The notes below the pieces were generated by a model. That model saw nothing but the letters and a program-made list of their open reading frames with translations. It did not search any database and was not told where the DNA came from. A DNA stretch of 64,000 nucleotides from Macrostomum lignano (Eukaryota). The number at the start of each line of letters is the position of its first letter. Position 1 is the first letter of the stretch. The stretch is taken from assembly GCA_002269645.1 (NCBI GenBank), contig NIVC01003641.1:1-64000 (forward strand), read 5' to 3'. Both the position numbers and the translations under genes were made by a program. Shown here in pieces: positions 37,174 through 49,744 of the stretch.

Positions 37174-38773
37174 TCAGTCAGTTACCGGCGGCGGCGCGCT
37201 GGACTGTCTCACAATGACCTGAACCACAAAGCCGCGGGTATTGTGCAGTCCCGAACTCGAATCCGGTCGGCCAGCAGGTTGCCGTAGCAGAACCAGCGTT
37301 GCCCGTCGGCCGAGCAGCCGGTGCGCCGCTCCAGCAGCCGCTTGGCCCGTTGAATCGTATCGTCTGGCTGAACCGGCAGGCTGAGCTCGCGACCGTCGGA
37401 CAGGCGCAGGTTCAGCAATACCTGCTGCTGCCTCGGCGTGGAGTCGGATGTGGCCGAGTCACCGTCGGCATCCGGACAGCTGGCGTCTGGCGAGTGAGGA
37501 GTTGTCGAAAAGCTTTTGAAGGGTGAAATTCCGACATTGGAAACAGATTTTAGCATTGAGGAAGTCGATTCCAGTGTTGGAGAAGTGTTCTGGTATTGGG
37601 AGAGTCGGTTCCGGTGTTGGGGAAGTTGGTTCCGGTGTTGGGGAAGTCGGTTCCGGTGTTGGTGAAGTCGGTTCCGGTATTGGGGAAGTCGGTTCCGGTG
37701 TTGGGGAAGTCGGTTCCGGTATTGAAGGAGTCGGTTCCGGGGTTGGGGAAGTCGGTTCCGGTATTGAGGATGTCGGTTCCGGTGTTGAGGAAGTTGGTTC
37801 CGGTATTGAAGGAGTCGATTCCGGTGTTAGGGAAGTCGGTTCCGGTATTGAAGGAGTCGGTTCCGGTATTAGGGAAGTCGGATCCGGTGTTGAGGATGTC
37901 GGTTCCGGTGTTGGGGAAGTTGGTTCCGGTATTGAAGGAGTCGGTTCCGGTGTTGGGGAAGTCGACCGGTTCCGGTGTTGGGGAAGTTGGTTCCGGTATT
38001 GAAGGAGTCGGTTCCGGTGTTGGAGGAGTCGACCGGTTCCGGTGTTGGGGAAGTCCGTTCCGGTATTGAAGGAGTTGGTTCCGGTGTTGGAGGAGTCGGT
38101 TCCGGTGTTGGTGAAGTCGGTTCCGGTGTTGTGGAAGTCGGTTTTGGTGTTGGGGAAGTCGGTTCCGGTATTGGGGAAGTCGGTTTCGATGTTGGGGGAG
38201 TCGGTTCCGGTGTTGGGGAAGTCGGTTCCGGTGTTGGGGGAGTCGCCTTCGGAGTTGGAGACCCAGTTAAAAAATTCGATTGACAAGTTTCTTAGAAACA
38301 GAAACCCGGAACTACTACTCGTAAAAAAGCGAAACAAAACGAGCTCGGCTACCCGCTGATCCGTCGAGAGCGGCGGCCCCCGCAGCTGCCGGGCTGCTGA
38401 TGAGGTTGACTGGAGCTGCCAGCACGTACAGCGGCAGCTGGTAGCGGCTGCCCAGCTCGTCATAGCAGTCAGTGAGGAGTCCGTGCGGCAGCGTGACACC
38501 CGCGCCGCTGACGATCGCCTGAGCCAGTTCGTGATCACCGGACTCCAGGGCGGCGGCGGCCGCCTTCAGCGCGTCCCAGATCTCCTTGCGGCCTTCGAAT
38601 GCCGGCGCGGTGTCCCAGAATTCGTCTCGCTTCGAGCGCAGCTGACTGTCGGTGAGCGGCTGCTCAGAGTTCCAGCGAATTCGCTCACGGCGAAGGGGGA
38701 AGTTTTTAGCAACCAGAGGCTGCTGCGGCTGCTGATGACGAGAATTTGCAGACCGCTGGCGAAGGACTGACAT
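37174..38773 (-). CDS. UBTD: Ubiquitin domain-containing protein UBTD1/2 (DC-UbP) homolog; 2 exons seen, apparent 1-bp frameshift near the C-terminus
   Basis: Exon 38353-38773 encodes [30 protein letters not shown]...[14 protein letters not shown] (UBTD hallmark). Exon 37174-37486 encodes the ubiquitin-like domain (LRLSDGRE...[12 protein letters not shown]). The usual MGxC N-terminus was not found, so an upstream exon may exist. Confidence 0.9.
37565..38250. repeat. 21-bp minisatellite (GGGGAAGTCGGTTCCGGTGTT)n in UBTD intron
   Basis: Visible period; lies within intron 37487-38352. Confidence 0.94.
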
Positions 38774-40104
38774 GAGGATTAGAATGGCTGCGAATCAGTT
38801 TGAACCTAGCTGACAAAAATAGCTAGTCAGGCATTTTAATAATCAATTTAAGTTATTTTACAAACAGCTTAAAAGTTAAACTGCAGATATTTAAAGCAAA
38901 AAATATTAAAAATCTCTTTTTAAAAAACATTTCTTCTCATTCTTTGATGATTATATCTTTTTTGCATCCATTTCATCCTAGAGTTGCTACAAAAGATAAA
39001 TGCAAATAGAGGCTTATGCCTTATTGTGTTCTTCAGTAAAAAGATAAAAGATATATATAAAAATTCACAAAATTTTACAATAAAATTTTGGAAAATCACA
39101 AATTTATGTGAAAGATTTTCATGGAATTTAATTTAATTTTTAAGAAATGGGTTGTATCCTTTTTCTCTCAGAAGCTATTAATTATTATAGACTCATTTTT
39201 GTTCAAAGTTCAGTATACATCTCTACATATAAAAATCAAAACTCTGTCTGTCTGTCTGTCTGTCTGTCTGTGGACAAATTACTTCGCTATGGACTCCCAA
39301 ACCGCTCAACCAAATTACACCAAACTTTACACCCACCCTAAACTTACTACGGAGAATGTCTTAGGCTACCTTAAAATTTCCTAAATTTGAGTCTTCCTAC
39401 CTAAAAGTACAAAAAACTGCTCAAAATGCGCGATTTTTTCACTTAATCCTCCATAGCGCCGCTCCACTTCTACCGATCCTCTTCAAATTTGACACAATCA
39501 ATTTTCAACTATTTTGACACAATCGTGTAAAATTTCGAGTCTCAAAGTTAATCCTGAACGGCGCTGTGCACTTTTAAAGTTTGGCTGTTTTTTTCAGCGA
39601 GACAGCCACCCCAACCTCCGCCCGCCTGCCTTTCTTTCTTTCTTGGATGAGGAAGATGGCAATCGATAAGACTAGCATAGTTGTCTGTGGTACAAAAAGC
39701 GATACGATGCAATCCTGATTCCTGAATTAGTCACACAAAATAGAATTTGTAACACTAAGTCCTATTTAAAGGCACTTTAAAATTCTAATGCCCCCAAAGA
39801 AAAGCGCATTGGGTCGTTTCACTGCTGCAGCTAGACGATGGAGATCTACAAGGCAAAGCAATGCGGCTGAAGCAGGAACATCACATAGCACAGAGGAAGC
39901 AGACAACACAGGTAGCTCTGCCCAGGCCAGATCGAGTGCAAGTGCCTTAGGAGAACAAGCCAGAAAAGAAGCCTTCGACCACCGACAAGATCATCGACAT
40001 CAGCAGCCGGCGCCAGCACTTCCGATGGAACTGGAAGTACACATGTTCCTCTCAGGGCTGCAAATTGGGAAGAAAGACGACGTGAACAAAAAAGACAGCA
40101 AACA

Positions 40105-40670
40105 GCCGAGGCACGACGCAATGAAACGACTGTTCAGGCTCAGCAACGACAGGAACGGGACAGAGATCAGACCGCAGAGGCACGACGCAATGAAACGACT
40201 GTCCAGACTCAGCAACGACAGGAACGGGACAGAGATCAGACCGCAGAGGCACGACGCAATGAAACGACTGTCCAGACTCAGCAACGACAGGAACGGGACA
40301 GAGATCAGACTGCAGAGGCACGACGCAATGAAACGACTGTCCAGACTCAGCAACGACAGGAACGGGACAGAGATCAGACCGCAGAGGCACGACGCAATGA
40401 AACGACTGTTCAGACTCAGCAACGACAGGAACGGGACAGAGATCAGACCGCAGAGGCACGACGCAATGAAACGACTGTCCAGACTCAGCAACGACAGGAA
40501 CGGGACAGAGATCAGACCGCAGAGGCACGACGCAATGAAACGACTGTTCAGACTCAGCAACGACAGGAGCGGGACAGAGATCAGACCGCAGAGGCACGAC
40601 GCAATGAAACGACTGTCCAGACTCAGCAACGACAGGAGCGGGACAGAGATCAGACCGCAGAGGCACGACC
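40105..40670 (+). repeat. 69-bp tandem repeat x8 within the Helitron-like ORF
   Basis: Period 69, for example CAGCAACGAC at 40141 and 40210. Confidence 0.95.
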
Positions 40671-40674
40671 GCAG

Positions 40675-41093
40675 AGGAGAGATGAGATTGTAGAGATGAG
40701 ACAAATGAAAGGAGAGATGAGAGAGTAAAGATGAGAGATGAAAAAGGTGAGAGGAGAGTGCAGAGAGACGAGAGAAGATAATAGAGGAGAGAGAGTATAG
40801 AAGAGGGAAGAGAAAAGAAAAGAGGAGTAAGGAAAGAGAGGAGTCAGAAGAGGTGAAAGAGAAGAGTACAGAGGAGCTAAGTGAGAGAACGTATTAGAGA
40901 GTAAAGATGACAGATGAGAGAGCAGAGATGAGGGTGAACAGACGAGAGATGGGAGAGTAGAGAGAACAGAGGAGAGATAAGAGAGAAGAGATTACAGAGA
41001 CTAGAGGAGAGAGGAGAGACAGGGAGACAGAAGAGGAAATAGGAGAATGAAGAAGGGAGAGAGTAGAGAGGAGAAGAGAGATGGGAGAGGAGA

Positions 41094-41170
<77 letters not shown>

Positions 41171-41643
41171 GAGACAGAGAGAGAGAGAAAGCGCAGAGCA
41201 GAGAGAAACGAGAAGAGATAAGAGAGAAAAGATAAAAGAAGAGAAAGGAGAGATAAAAACGCAGACAAGAGAGAAGAGAGATGAGGGAAGAGACGAGCGA
41301 CGAGGGGAGAGAGAAGAGATAAAACAAGAAAAGAAATGAGAGGAAAGAGAGAGAGGAAAGAGGTGAGAGAAGAGACGAGAGAAGAGGGGAGAGAGGAGAG
41401 AGAAGAGAAGAGAGAAAACGAAAAAGTAGAGAGGAGAGAGGAGAGGAGAGAGAAAAGAAAAGGGAAGAGATGAGATAAGAGATATGAAAGAGAAGAGAGA
41501 TGAGGGAAGATACGAAAGAAGATAGGAGAGAGGAGAGGAGAGAGGAGAGACAAAGGTAGAGAAGTGAGTGAGGAGAGAGGAGAGGAAAGAGGAGAATGGA
41601 GAGGGAGAGAGTAGAGAGAGGAGGAGAGATAAGAGAGAAAAAC

Positions 41644-41714
<71 letters not shown>

Positions 41715-41735
41715 AGAGATAAGAGAGAGAGACAG

Positions 41736-41767
<32 letters not shown>

Positions 41768-42180
41768 GAGAAGGGAGAGCAGAGAGAAATGAGAAGAGAT
41801 AAGAGAGAAAAGATAAAAGAAGAGAAAGGAAAGATGAGAGAGCAAAGACGAGACAGAAAAGAGGTGAGGGAAGAGACGAGAGAAGAGGGGAGAGATGAGA
41901 GATTAGAGGAGAGAGTTAAGAGAAGAGAGAAAAGAATAGAAAGGAGAAGGAAGATCAGAGAGAAGAGGGGGTGAGAGGAGAGAGGAGAGGGGAGAGAGGA
42001 GAGAGGAGAGAGAAAACGAAAAAGTAGAGAGGAGAGAGGAGAGGGGAGAGAAAGAAGAGACAAGAGATGAGATAAGAGAGATGAAAGAGAAGAGAGATGA
42101 GGGAAGATACGAGAGAAGAGGGGAGAGGGGAGAGAGGAGAGAGGAGAGACGAGGGACGAGAGAGATGAGAGGAAACAAAG
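40675..42180. repeat. GA-rich low-complexity region with internal duplications
   Basis: Purine-rich tract with (GA)n runs at 41095-41155 and 41650-41710. Confidence 0.93.
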
Positions 42181-44022
42181 AGACGATTGAAATTTTAAAG
42201 GATCCAAGGGACGTAGGGAGAGTCAGGGAGAGACCAGAGTTTAGCAATATATGTTTTAGAGTCAGACAGACATTGCCTGACATTCTGCTCAGTACCCCAG
42301 CCAACAATGTCTCAAACCCTAATTTTACACGAATGTGCTCCATTTTATGTCTACCTCTATCCTACTAACTATTAAGTTTTTGTTTGTGTATGGCCTTAGA
42401 TTTCAGAATACATGCAAAAGTAGTTCCGGGTATTGGAATTCCCCGGGTTCAAAATCCGCGGGTTTCAACAGCTTGTTTAATATATATTATTGAGGTGAAA
42501 CTTTTGATTTTTCATCCTTAAGTTTTTGGGTCGATACTTATATAAAGAAGAAAGTTCTTTCGTTATGAAAAATAGCATACTATATGCTATGTAGCTCATA
42601 CTTAGAGCTGGTAACATTAAATAGTCAATTTAATTGCTTTATTGACAAGCATCCGTAACTATAGTTTGTTAAGTAATCAAGGCGAAATTATAAAATGTTA
42701 AATAGGCTTGTAGAACAATTTCTATATCAGCTTTTAATTTTCATCATAAAGTTTTTTCTTTGCCATTCTCTAAATATTTTATGATATACTCGTAATTTCA
42801 AATAGGAGCTAAAAACAATAAAATCCGATTTTTATCACTAGAATTGTAGAAAAAGTCCAAGCCCAATAGTGGAGCGAAAATTACCTTGTGCTCTTGTGGA
42901 GCGTAAGGATCGTTGTGATAAATCAACGTCCTCCTCGGCATTTCCTCGAAGACAATTTCCCATGACAGGGTCATATGTGACGAATGGTCATACAATAGTT
43001 TCCATAACTTTGAGTAAAAATTAGGAAATAATTTATTTATTTTTGATTGGCATCACATTCTTCAATATCAACATTGCCATATACTATTGTAACAGCTTCG
43101 TATTTAAAAAATTCCGATGACGATGACAAAATCGGTAAAAATGAACGAACTCCGGGGTGCACGATCCGATATAATTATACAAAAAAGGATTTTTCTTTTG
43201 AAGTTAAAAAACGCACCGAATCAATTAAGATTCAATGTTCTGATTAAAGAATAAATAAAATTAGATATTTGAGCTAATTTGTACAAAGGCTATTTTAACA
43301 TCTCTTTATTAAACTGCTTAATATACGCTCTGGTAAAACTTTGTTTAAATTTGTTTCCGCGACAACTAATAGCATCGCAAAAATCTCAAGATATCGAACG
43401 AATGCACATGGCGCGTAATAAAGCTTTTGATCTCAACACGTCTTGTTGATTGTTCTTTTGACAATGCTGAATTTTGCAGGTTAGCATTGGACACACCCTC
43501 GCTTTAATTAATTATTTTTAGTTGACAATCTGGTTAAAATAATATATTTAATAGGGTCGTTTATTAACTATTAAAGTCATTCAACTATTGATATTTAACT
43601 TGTAGATTGTGGCGGCCAGACTGGTGCACGGTCGAGAGCGGGGCCCGCCTGTGCACAGGCCCCTGCACGCCTGGCTGCTGGGGAGTTTTGCCCAGCCAGT
43701 TCGCTCTGATTCACACCTCTCTATTCTCTCAAGTATACACAAGATCTTTTGCTTGCTTGCTGCTTTTCAAGCTTCACTCGCAAGCCGCTTCAAGATGGTA
43801 TTTTAAATCATTTTTGCAATGCTGACGACACAATGCGAGATAAATACATGTACATGTATTATATGCAAACGAGCTGTACATATCCTTTTACCTAATGTAC
43901 TAATGATTCCTCTTGATACAGGCACTGCTTGTGAGTTGGTAAATATTAAATATATGTTGATAGTACAAAAAACACAACAGACTTTTAATTCTCTTCTCCA
44001 TAACAGGCAACTTAGGCAAGAG

Positions 44023-44514
44023 TTAAACGGCCCTGGCAATTAAATACAGCAACAACAACGAGCCAGGCAGTAACACGTTATGCCTCAGTTGCAGTCGCCC
44101 CGCCGCATTGCAATAGTCTCCTTTGCAGTAGCACATCTCTGTAGTGCTTCCAGCGCCGTACAGCATGTGACACCCGACGCCCATTGCTTTGGGAATCTCG
44201 GCGCAGTCGCGAGTGACCACAGTTGAAATGAGAGTCTCCGGAGCCCGCATGCCGACGCCCTCTCGGTCGATGTGATACCGGTAGGAGCGGGTGACAATCT
44301 TCACGCAGCCGTCATAGTCGGCACCACCGCAGTCGGCCTGGTTGCTATCCGTGATACGAGCTTCTATTCCGCAGTAGCGCTTCAGAATCTCCGACTTGCT
44401 AGTGGTATCCAGGTTGCGCAAGTTCAACTCGAAATAGTTGTCGCAGGCTAAGCACTTTGACGCGCCGTTGCACCTGCCGCAGAGCTGCAGAAACAGCAGC
44501 AGCAGCAGCGGCAT
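44023..44514 (-). CDS. Ly6/uPAR three-finger, quiver/sleepless-like GPI-anchored protein, about 163 aa
   Basis: Signal peptide MPLLLLLFLQLCGRCNG, 10 cysteines from CLAC to the CYCKGDYCN terminal motif, and a hydrophobic GPI signal LLPGSLLLLYLIARAV. An alternative in-frame ATG lies at 44559. Confidence 0.82.
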   Translation of the reverse strand: MPLLLLLFLQLCGRCNGASKCLACDNYFELNLRNLDTTSKSEILKRYCGIEARITDSNQADCGGADYDGCVKIVTRSYRYHIDREGVGMRAPETLISTVVTRDCAEIPKAMGVGCHMLYGAGSTTEMCYCKGDYCNAAGRLQLRHNVLLPGSLLLLYLIARAV

Positions 44515-45134
44515 CGGAGCTTTCGACAGCTTAAATTTCGGTCTGGCAAAGGCGGGCATAGCATGAAGAAACACGAATTCAACTATATTCAGATAGCTTG
44601 CCTTAGTTCCAGGTTTGCGCGGTGAAATTTGCAAAAAAATATTCAAAAGAGCAGGAAGTTCTTTATAAACAGCTGAATTTACGAGAGGCATTTCTGGATG
44701 GGCGAGATCGCTCTCTACTTTTATAGTTGCTACCAATAAAAAACTGCGTCTTTCTCGGTTCGATCGCCCCTGCACTGCCATCCGGTCGTTATTCGACCAC
44801 AAGCGCCGAGTGTTTAAGATCGCGTGTAGCTTCTTGTTCATACAGATGATCATGCACTCAACTGCATACCTGGTTTGAGCTGTACTGGGCTACAGGTAAA
44901 GTTTGCTACATAAATGATACGCGGGGAAACTACATAAGCAGTGTAATTATGCAATAATTAGCTTAAAAGCCACCTGGGTGCTGTGCCATGCAGTTGTGCT
45001 GGCGAATTTACGCCTTTTACAACCAAAATTTTACCAAATTTCATCTTTTAATTTTTTCTTTAATTTTTCCTATATTACATTGCTTCTGATAAGTAAAGAG
45101 GTCTACATTCGTTCGTTTAGTTACTTCCGCAATG

Positions 45135-45598
45135 AACCAGTGAGCCAGTGAACAGTGAACTAGTGAGTCAGTGAGCGAGTCAACCAGTGAACTAGTGAAC
45201 CAGTGAACCAATGAACCAGTGAGCCAGTGAATGGCGAACTAGTGAGCCAGTGAGCCAGTGAACCAGTGAATGAGTGAGCCAGTGAATCAGTGAACCAATG
45301 AACCAGTGAACCAATAATGAACCAGTGAACCAGTGAACCAGTGAACCAATGAACCAGTGAACCAGTGAACCAATAATGAACCAGTGAACCAGTGAATGAG
45401 TGAGCCAATGAATCAGTGAACCAGTGAACCAGTGAACCAATGAACCAGTGAACCAATAATGAACCAGTGAACCAGTTAACCAGTGAACCAATGAACCAGT
45501 GAACCAGTGAACCAGTGAACCAATAATGAACCAGTGAACCAATAGTGAAACAGTGAACCAGTGAGCCAATAATGAACCAGTGAACCAGTGAACCAATT
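45135..45598. repeat. 8-bp repeat (GAACCAGT)n, array 1
   Basis: Visible period. Confidence 0.94.
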
Positions 45599-46869
45599 GA
45601 TGGGTTTCGACCTTCGGGCTCCTTGTTAGGGAAGCCTTCGGGCCTCAGGCTCAGAAATAAATCAATTAGAGACCTGGCCCCCCACTCCTGTCAGATGGTC
45701 AGCCCCATGGTAGCTTGATCGTGTGGCGAGCAGTCTAGGTCCTATAGCTAAGAGAGGGACAGCGAGAGACGAGCAGGGAGAATTTTGAAAGTAGAAATTA
45801 GCTAATCCGCGGATCAACTAACTTGCTGCCACCAGCCCGTGCGCCCTGGCTCACCACACCGGGACTCTCGAAATCGGGCTTCCGACTAGAAGGGGCTTTG
45901 CACTTACCTGCCAACTAGTGTCTTTTTGCTGTCAATCTCGAAGTCATAGCCGATGATAAGGGACACTGCTGGGACTAGATCGCGTTGGCCATGCAGGTAC
46001 AGAGGGGACTTGTGCAGGGGATTCTTGCGGTGGCGAGTCTATGGGGTAGCTGCATGTACTATTACATTGCTAAATACGAAGATATGTACTTTTGGCCTTC
46101 AACGCGCCAACTAGCCTCTCATAGCGCTGATGATAGGCTAACTCGAACTTCAGAGACCGCATGATTCATTTACCCGAGCCGCTTGGCTACCCTAGAGTGC
46201 ACAAAGTACATCTCTGGCGCCGATTCTGCACTTTTGGCAGTTTTGCTCACTGATTTGTTAGATTGGTCGACTGAGAACTGCCTTGCCATTGGTCCACTGT
46301 GACCGGCGCCTACTAGCTTAGCTACTCATCTGAGCCATCGGCGAACAAAGAAATAAAGCCGACAAAGATAACTGTTAGATTTAACCTTCTCCTTAGTTCA
46401 CTTCACACTTCAGATTGAATTGGAGTCTTAGACTACTAGCAGTATTATTGAATGATTCCTGCCTCAGCAACAGCACTACTGAACAAAATGAGCAAAAGTG
46501 TGCGCCTAATTCAGCTACTGCAACAGGGGACAGAAAAGGGATCACCCAATCAAGCAAGTCTAGGTAGCCTCTCACCCAACCAATCAGAAACTCAACAGCC
46601 GGAGACCAGGTATTCCACAGTGACCGAATCGGCTCGATGCTCTGCAGCTGTAGACTCGGGATGATGCTGTCACAATCTTCGCTGTTAGCTAGCAGGTGAT
46701 GCTCTTAACTGGATGTTCGCTGCTGTCGACCGGGGGACTCGTCCTTGATGATGATGGGGGAAGTTGCAATCCGGGGATCAAGAAACGACGGTCGTGCTCC
46801 GGGAACCAGAAGTTGCGCGCTGGGCCCGAGCCAAAGTAAGAAGAAGTTGCGTCCGAGCGGGCCAAAAAC

Positions 46870-47005
46870 TCCGGTTTAAATAGCCGCCAACTGGACCGCA
46901 GTTTGTTATAACGGAACACGTCGATTCTGATTGGCTGAGCCGTTTTGTTAAAATGAGCGCCGAATTTTCTGATTGGCTAAGCTCGTTGCTACCCAGAATC
47001 ACGTG
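46870..47005 (-). promoter_or_regulatory. Candidate Pol II promoter (two CCAAT boxes, E-box, TATA-like) facing the Ly6/quiver gene
   Basis: ATTGG at 46930 and 46972 (CCAAT on minus), CACGTG at 47000 and minus-strand CTATTTAAA at 46875-46883. A possible 5'-UTR donor GTGAGA lies near 46575. Confidence 0.4.
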
Positions 47006-47599
47006 ACCGAGAGACCCTATCAGTTCCCACAGGGTCGTAAAAAGATGACAGGTGCGGCAATAAATCACTCAAAATCGCAACAAAATGATTTATGACTTTT
47101 CGCGTAGGATTGACAGAAATTAATGAAAAAATATACATTAGAAAGCTCTTATTAAATAGAAAGCGAAGATAATGAAGAGAAATCGCTAATCGCCAATCCC
47201 AAGGTACTTTTAGGGGTAAAACGCATAGCTGTCAAAGCTGTCACACGCTTGAGTGAATCCGAACAATAGGCTCTGACCTCATAAATCTTGATGGCCTGTC
47301 AAAATGATGAGAAAAAAGCTACCGCCCGCATCCTCTCAGACCATCTGGCGCCCGCTTCAACACTGAGTGAGGCGCAGGTGGCTGTCAGATCAGCTTCGAA
47401 AGCGATGATTTATGACCCAAAAAGCTGCGCCTATGTTATTATGACTACTAGTATGGCCAGACATTATATCTAGTATAGATTCTATGAAAATTCGCAGAAA
47501 AAGGATAAAAATGCCCACTGCCCACTGTTAGTAGGCAAGTAAGTTTAGAGCCCATGTGCTAGCGCGGGATTTGGGAAAAAGTGCGTCCTCATCACAATA

Positions 47600-47905
47600 A
47601 TGAATCAGTAAACCAGTGAATTAGTCAACCAGTGAACCAGTGAACCAGTGAACCAACAATGAACCAGTGAACCAGTGAACCAGTGAACCAGTGAACCAGT
47701 GAACCAGTGAACCAGTGAACCAGTGAACCAGTGAACCAGTGAACCAGTGAACCAGTGAACCAGTGAACCAGTGAACCAGTGAACCAGTGAACCAGTGAAC
47801 CAGTGAACCAGTGAACCAACAATGAACCAGTGAACCAGTGAACCAGTGAACCAGTGAACCAGTGAACCAGTGAACCAGTGAATCAATACTGAACCAGTGA
47901 ACCAA
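47600..47905. repeat. 8-bp repeat (GAACCAGT)n, array 2
   Basis: Visible period, same orientation as array 1. Confidence 0.95.
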
Positions 47906-48452
47906 TTCCAGAAACTACTCTAAATTCATGTTTATGATGCATGCATTATGTACTTTATAAGCTTCTAACTTGCTTACTTTTTGGCATGAACTCTATCACA
48001 AGAACCAAGATCTACAACAATTTTCATTCCTTTGTACATAAGACGTGTGCATTGATGGTTCATGAGTGAATTTATAAGACTAGCTGTGATTTCCTAAACC
48101 ACCAAATTTCAGGTATTAAGTTTATTATATGGGTCCCTTCATTGCAATTTGCTATTTGATTTGAATATCGCACTTGAACTGAGTTACTTGCACTTAAGTT
48201 TGCTATTTTGCTACTTGACCGAAAAAACCTATATTGTATAGTTAAGCATGACGTGTACATTATTTTAATTTAGGCATGAAAATAGAAGCGCAATGTTATA
48301 TAAGCTTGGGTGTGAGTTAGTGGTGGTCGGGGAGGTGGGTAGCCACAGACGTTGACCAGCCAATCAGATCAAAGCGCTCAAGTTTGCCAAGCCAATTCTA
48401 TTTGTAAGCCAAGCCGCGCACTGCTCACGCACCCAAGCCGATCATCGCCGAT

Positions 48453-49744
48453 ATGCAAAGCTGGCTCTGCCCGTCCGACCGGCAGCTCCGCTTGCGCGCC
48501 TGCATCGCTCGCGGCTGGTCGACGCCGCGCTCCGCCGTCGCCGCCCTGACGCCGGCCGAGTGCGCCGCAATTGGCGACGTCCTCCGGCGCGACCGAGCGC
48601 TCCGGCTGCTCGACTGGGGCCGCGTCGGTCGCGTCGCTGATCAGGTTGAACGGCTGCGACTTGCCCAGTGCGGCGACGGTCTGGCCAGCTGCCGCCTGTG
48701 CGGCCTTCGACTTCGGCACCGGTGGTGGCGGCCTTCCGGCAGGTGCTCGGACTGCGGATACAAGTACTGCGACGCCTGCGCTCGACCTCTGCCGGAGGCT
48801 GGGTGAGCTTCATCCGTTTAGTTAAGCAATTTTTTAAGTAAAATTCTTCACGGAGGAATTGCTTTGAGGTCAAGGCTTGTAGGGGGAATTGTTGAAATGC
48901 TGTGGCTCATGGGGATTGCTCCATGGGATCTGATAGCTTAGGCTAGATTTCTGTCTTTAAGGGCGGATGCTGTTTACCTTAAAAATAATTTCCCTTAATA
49001 GGATACTAACAATAGTGACTGTACAATGTCAAAACCTACATGTATAAGTAGTTGCAGATTCCTTTCTTTGTCCCCCCTCAACGGGGGCGCTGATTGCTAG
49101 TCTAATATACTAAAAATGAAACTGACTAACAGTAGAAGTATTTGAAAGTTATAAAAAAATAATAATTTACTTTTTTCGACTACGCTACTTACAGTAGAGT
49201 GTAAAATCAATTAAAAAATAAAATAATACGCTCATATGTAAAACTGTAAACTGTCAGACAGTCGCAGGACAAAACGTGGCCAAAGCAACCCGGCCAGACA
49301 GCCTGGATGTGCAAACTGTGCCGAGAGAGTCGCCTGCTGGCGGCCAAGAGCGGAGCCTGGTTTCACCAGCTTGCCTACGATCCGCGGCTGACCGCATCGG
49401 AAGACGCCTGTCGGCCGCCAACTCCGGAGAAGCCGGCGTCTCTCTCAACCAATCAGGAGTCGCCTAGCAGCCCAGACGAGAAGATGACGTCACTGCAGCG
49501 CAGCCAATCGCAGCAGCCAATCGATCAATCTGGCAACGCTACGCTCCGCGGTAGGAAATGCCAGAGTCACTTGGATCTGCAGTCGCATTTTGGTCGCGTT
49601 GAAAGCATCCAACACAACGGTCGCAGAGCTGGCAAGCTGAATCGGCCGCGCAACCTGGCCATCATCAGGCGAAGAAAGTCCGCGTCCTGCTCTCAGATTG
49701 GCCAGGTGCAGTGCGAGTATTTTCCCACTGAACTGCAGGACTAG
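48453..49744 (+). CDS. RPH3AL: Rab effector Noc2/rabphilin-like (Rab-binding domain with FYVE-like Zn finger), about 278 aa
   Basis: Exons 48453-48802 and 49258-49744 join in phase 2. WLCPSDRQLRLRA...GWS matches the rabphilin/Noc2 N-terminus. The Zn ligands are CRLC, CSDC, CDAC and CKLC, followed by the KSGAWF motif. The 3' end could splice further. Confidence 0.85.

Larger units (their letters stand above)
39220..42475 (+). mobile_element. Probable Helitron (non-autonomous or deleted)
   Basis: 5' end A|TCTCTACATATAAAA at 39220 is followed by (CTGT)n. The ORF start MPPKKSALGRFTAAARR at 39788 and 69-bp repeats encoding RRNETTVQTQQRQERDRDQTAEA resemble Helitron Rep N-termini. The candidate 3' end is an imperfect GC hairpin plus CTTG|T at 42472-42476, a variant of CTRR. 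The 3' end is uncertain. Confidence 0.6.

Noticed and set aside
40877-42207. Leu/Ser-rich 322 and 437 aa ORFs
   Set aside because: They are the reverse complement of GA-rich low-complexity DNA.
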